The translations under genes and the position numbers were made by a program. This document shows, piece after piece, positions 26,689 through 27,468 of a DNA stretch of 27,468 bases. The notes beneath the pieces were generated by a model. The model was not told the origin of the DNA. It saw nothing but the letters and a program-made list of their open reading frames with translations, and made no database searches. Source of the DNA: Gammaproteobacteria bacterium (GTDB lineage Bacteria > Pseudomonadota > Gammaproteobacteria > Eutrophobiales > Eutrophobiaceae); contig SMWN01000012.1 in the NCBI GenBank assembly GCA_004356415.1, forward strand, positions 1 through 27,468, given 5' to 3'. Within the stretch, counting starts at the first letter, position 1. Each line of letters opens with the position of its first letter.

Positions 26689-27468
26689 CTATGTCCCCGT
26701 CTTTATCCTTGGCACCGCGGCCAATAACCTTTGTGTGTATGAATTTTGCGGGTTAGTCAATACTTCGTCGACTGTCCCCTGCTCAACAATTTTCCCCTGG
26801 TACATTACGGCTACATAGTGTGCCAGATATTCAACCACACTGATATTGTGTGTAATAAACAAATAAGCAAGCCCCATATTTTTCTGCAGATCTTTAAGAA
26901 GCTCAAGAATTTGCGCTTGCACAGAGACATCCAGTGCACTGGTTGGCTCATCACAGACAATCAATTTTGGTTCAACCGCCAGCGCCCTGGCGATACATAT
27001 TCTTTGTCGCTGCCCGCCTGAAAATTCATGTGGATAGCGATTCTTATGACGCGGTTCAAGGCCTACCTTTTCCAGCAACTCATCAACACGCTTCATTCGT
27101 TGTTGTCTGGAATCACCAATCCCCTGCGCTACCATACCTTCAGCGATGACATCCCCTATCATCATACGCGGGTTCATTGATGAGTAAGGGTCCTGAAATA
27201 TAATTTGAATATCAGAACGTTTTTGCCTCAACGCTTTACCTTTTAATTGTGTGAGTTCCTGACCATCAAAAACAACGCTACCGTCTGTTGCGTGTAATAA
27301 TTGTAAAATGCCCTTACCCATGGTGGTTTTTCCTGAACCAGACTCACCTACGATCGCAAGTGTTTGTCCACTATATATATCAATAGACACGCCATCTACC
27401 GCACGTACATAACCCACCGTTTTTTTCAAAAATCCTTTTTTTATCGGGAAATGTACTTTGAGATCGCG
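26689..27468 (-). CDS. Dipeptide/oligopeptide ABC transporter ATP-binding protein (5'-partial)
   Basis: GESGSGKTT, IFQDPYSSMNPR, FSGGQRQRI, CDEPTSALD, ITHN. The frame stays open to the window edge (RDLKVHFPIKKGFL...). Confidence 0.95.
   Translation of the reverse strand, partial: RDLKVHFPIKKGFLKKTVGYVRAVDGVSIDIYSGQTLAIVGESGSGKTTMGKGILQLLHATDGSVVFDGQELTQLKGKALRQKRSDIQIIFQDPYSSMNPRMMIGDVIAEGMVAQGIGDSRQQRMKRVDELLEKVGLEPRHKNRYPHEFSGGQRQRICIARALAVEPKLIVCDEPTSALDVSVQAQILELLKDLQKNMGLAYLFITHNISVVEYLAHYVAVMYQGKIVEQGTVDEVLTNPQNSYTQRLLAAVPRIKTGT

Noticed and set aside
26573-26818. 81-aa + strand ORF as a real gene
   Set aside because: It starts inside element 2 and runs antisense into the ABC gene with no RBS. 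It is used only as evidence of the element's open frame.
27420-27446. A7/T-runs in the ABC ATPase as slippage or phase-variation sites
   Set aside because: These are ordinary Lys/Phe codon runs, the frame is intact, and there is no downstream stimulatory structure.

Overview
Mostly housekeeping DNA from a non-enteric gammaproteobacterium (inferred from hisZ next to purA, the DUF2232 gene in the rpsF operon, and ffs-dnaX-ybaB-recR). Nearly all genes are on the minus strand. Left to right: tRNA-Leu(CAG); purA-hisZ-yjeT-hflC-hflK-hflX-hfq-miaA-mutL-amiB-tsaE-nnr-orn; a divergent M48 peptidase plus a Cys-ligated monoheme cytochrome c; recR-ybaB-dnaX-ffs; an internally deleted IS3-family element; radA-alr-dnaB-rplI-DUF2232-rpsR-rpsF; and a partial peptide ABC ATPase. 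I found no large novel multi-gene system. The most interesting signals are non-coding or sub-gene. (1) Two ~142-bp palindromic miniature elements (16635-16776, 26544-26685) have different termini but share a covarying hairpin core reminiscent of Rickettsia RPE-1, and both sit at a stop codon. (2) The tRNA 3' end is duplicated around a structured 125-bp insert. (3) MutL has lost all C-terminal endonuclease motifs. (4) Hfq, S6, DnaB, MutL and AmiB carry in-frame tandem-duplication expansions. (5) A green-heme-protein-like cytochrome is coupled to the protease. Motif comparisons to known families are from memory and need database confirmation.
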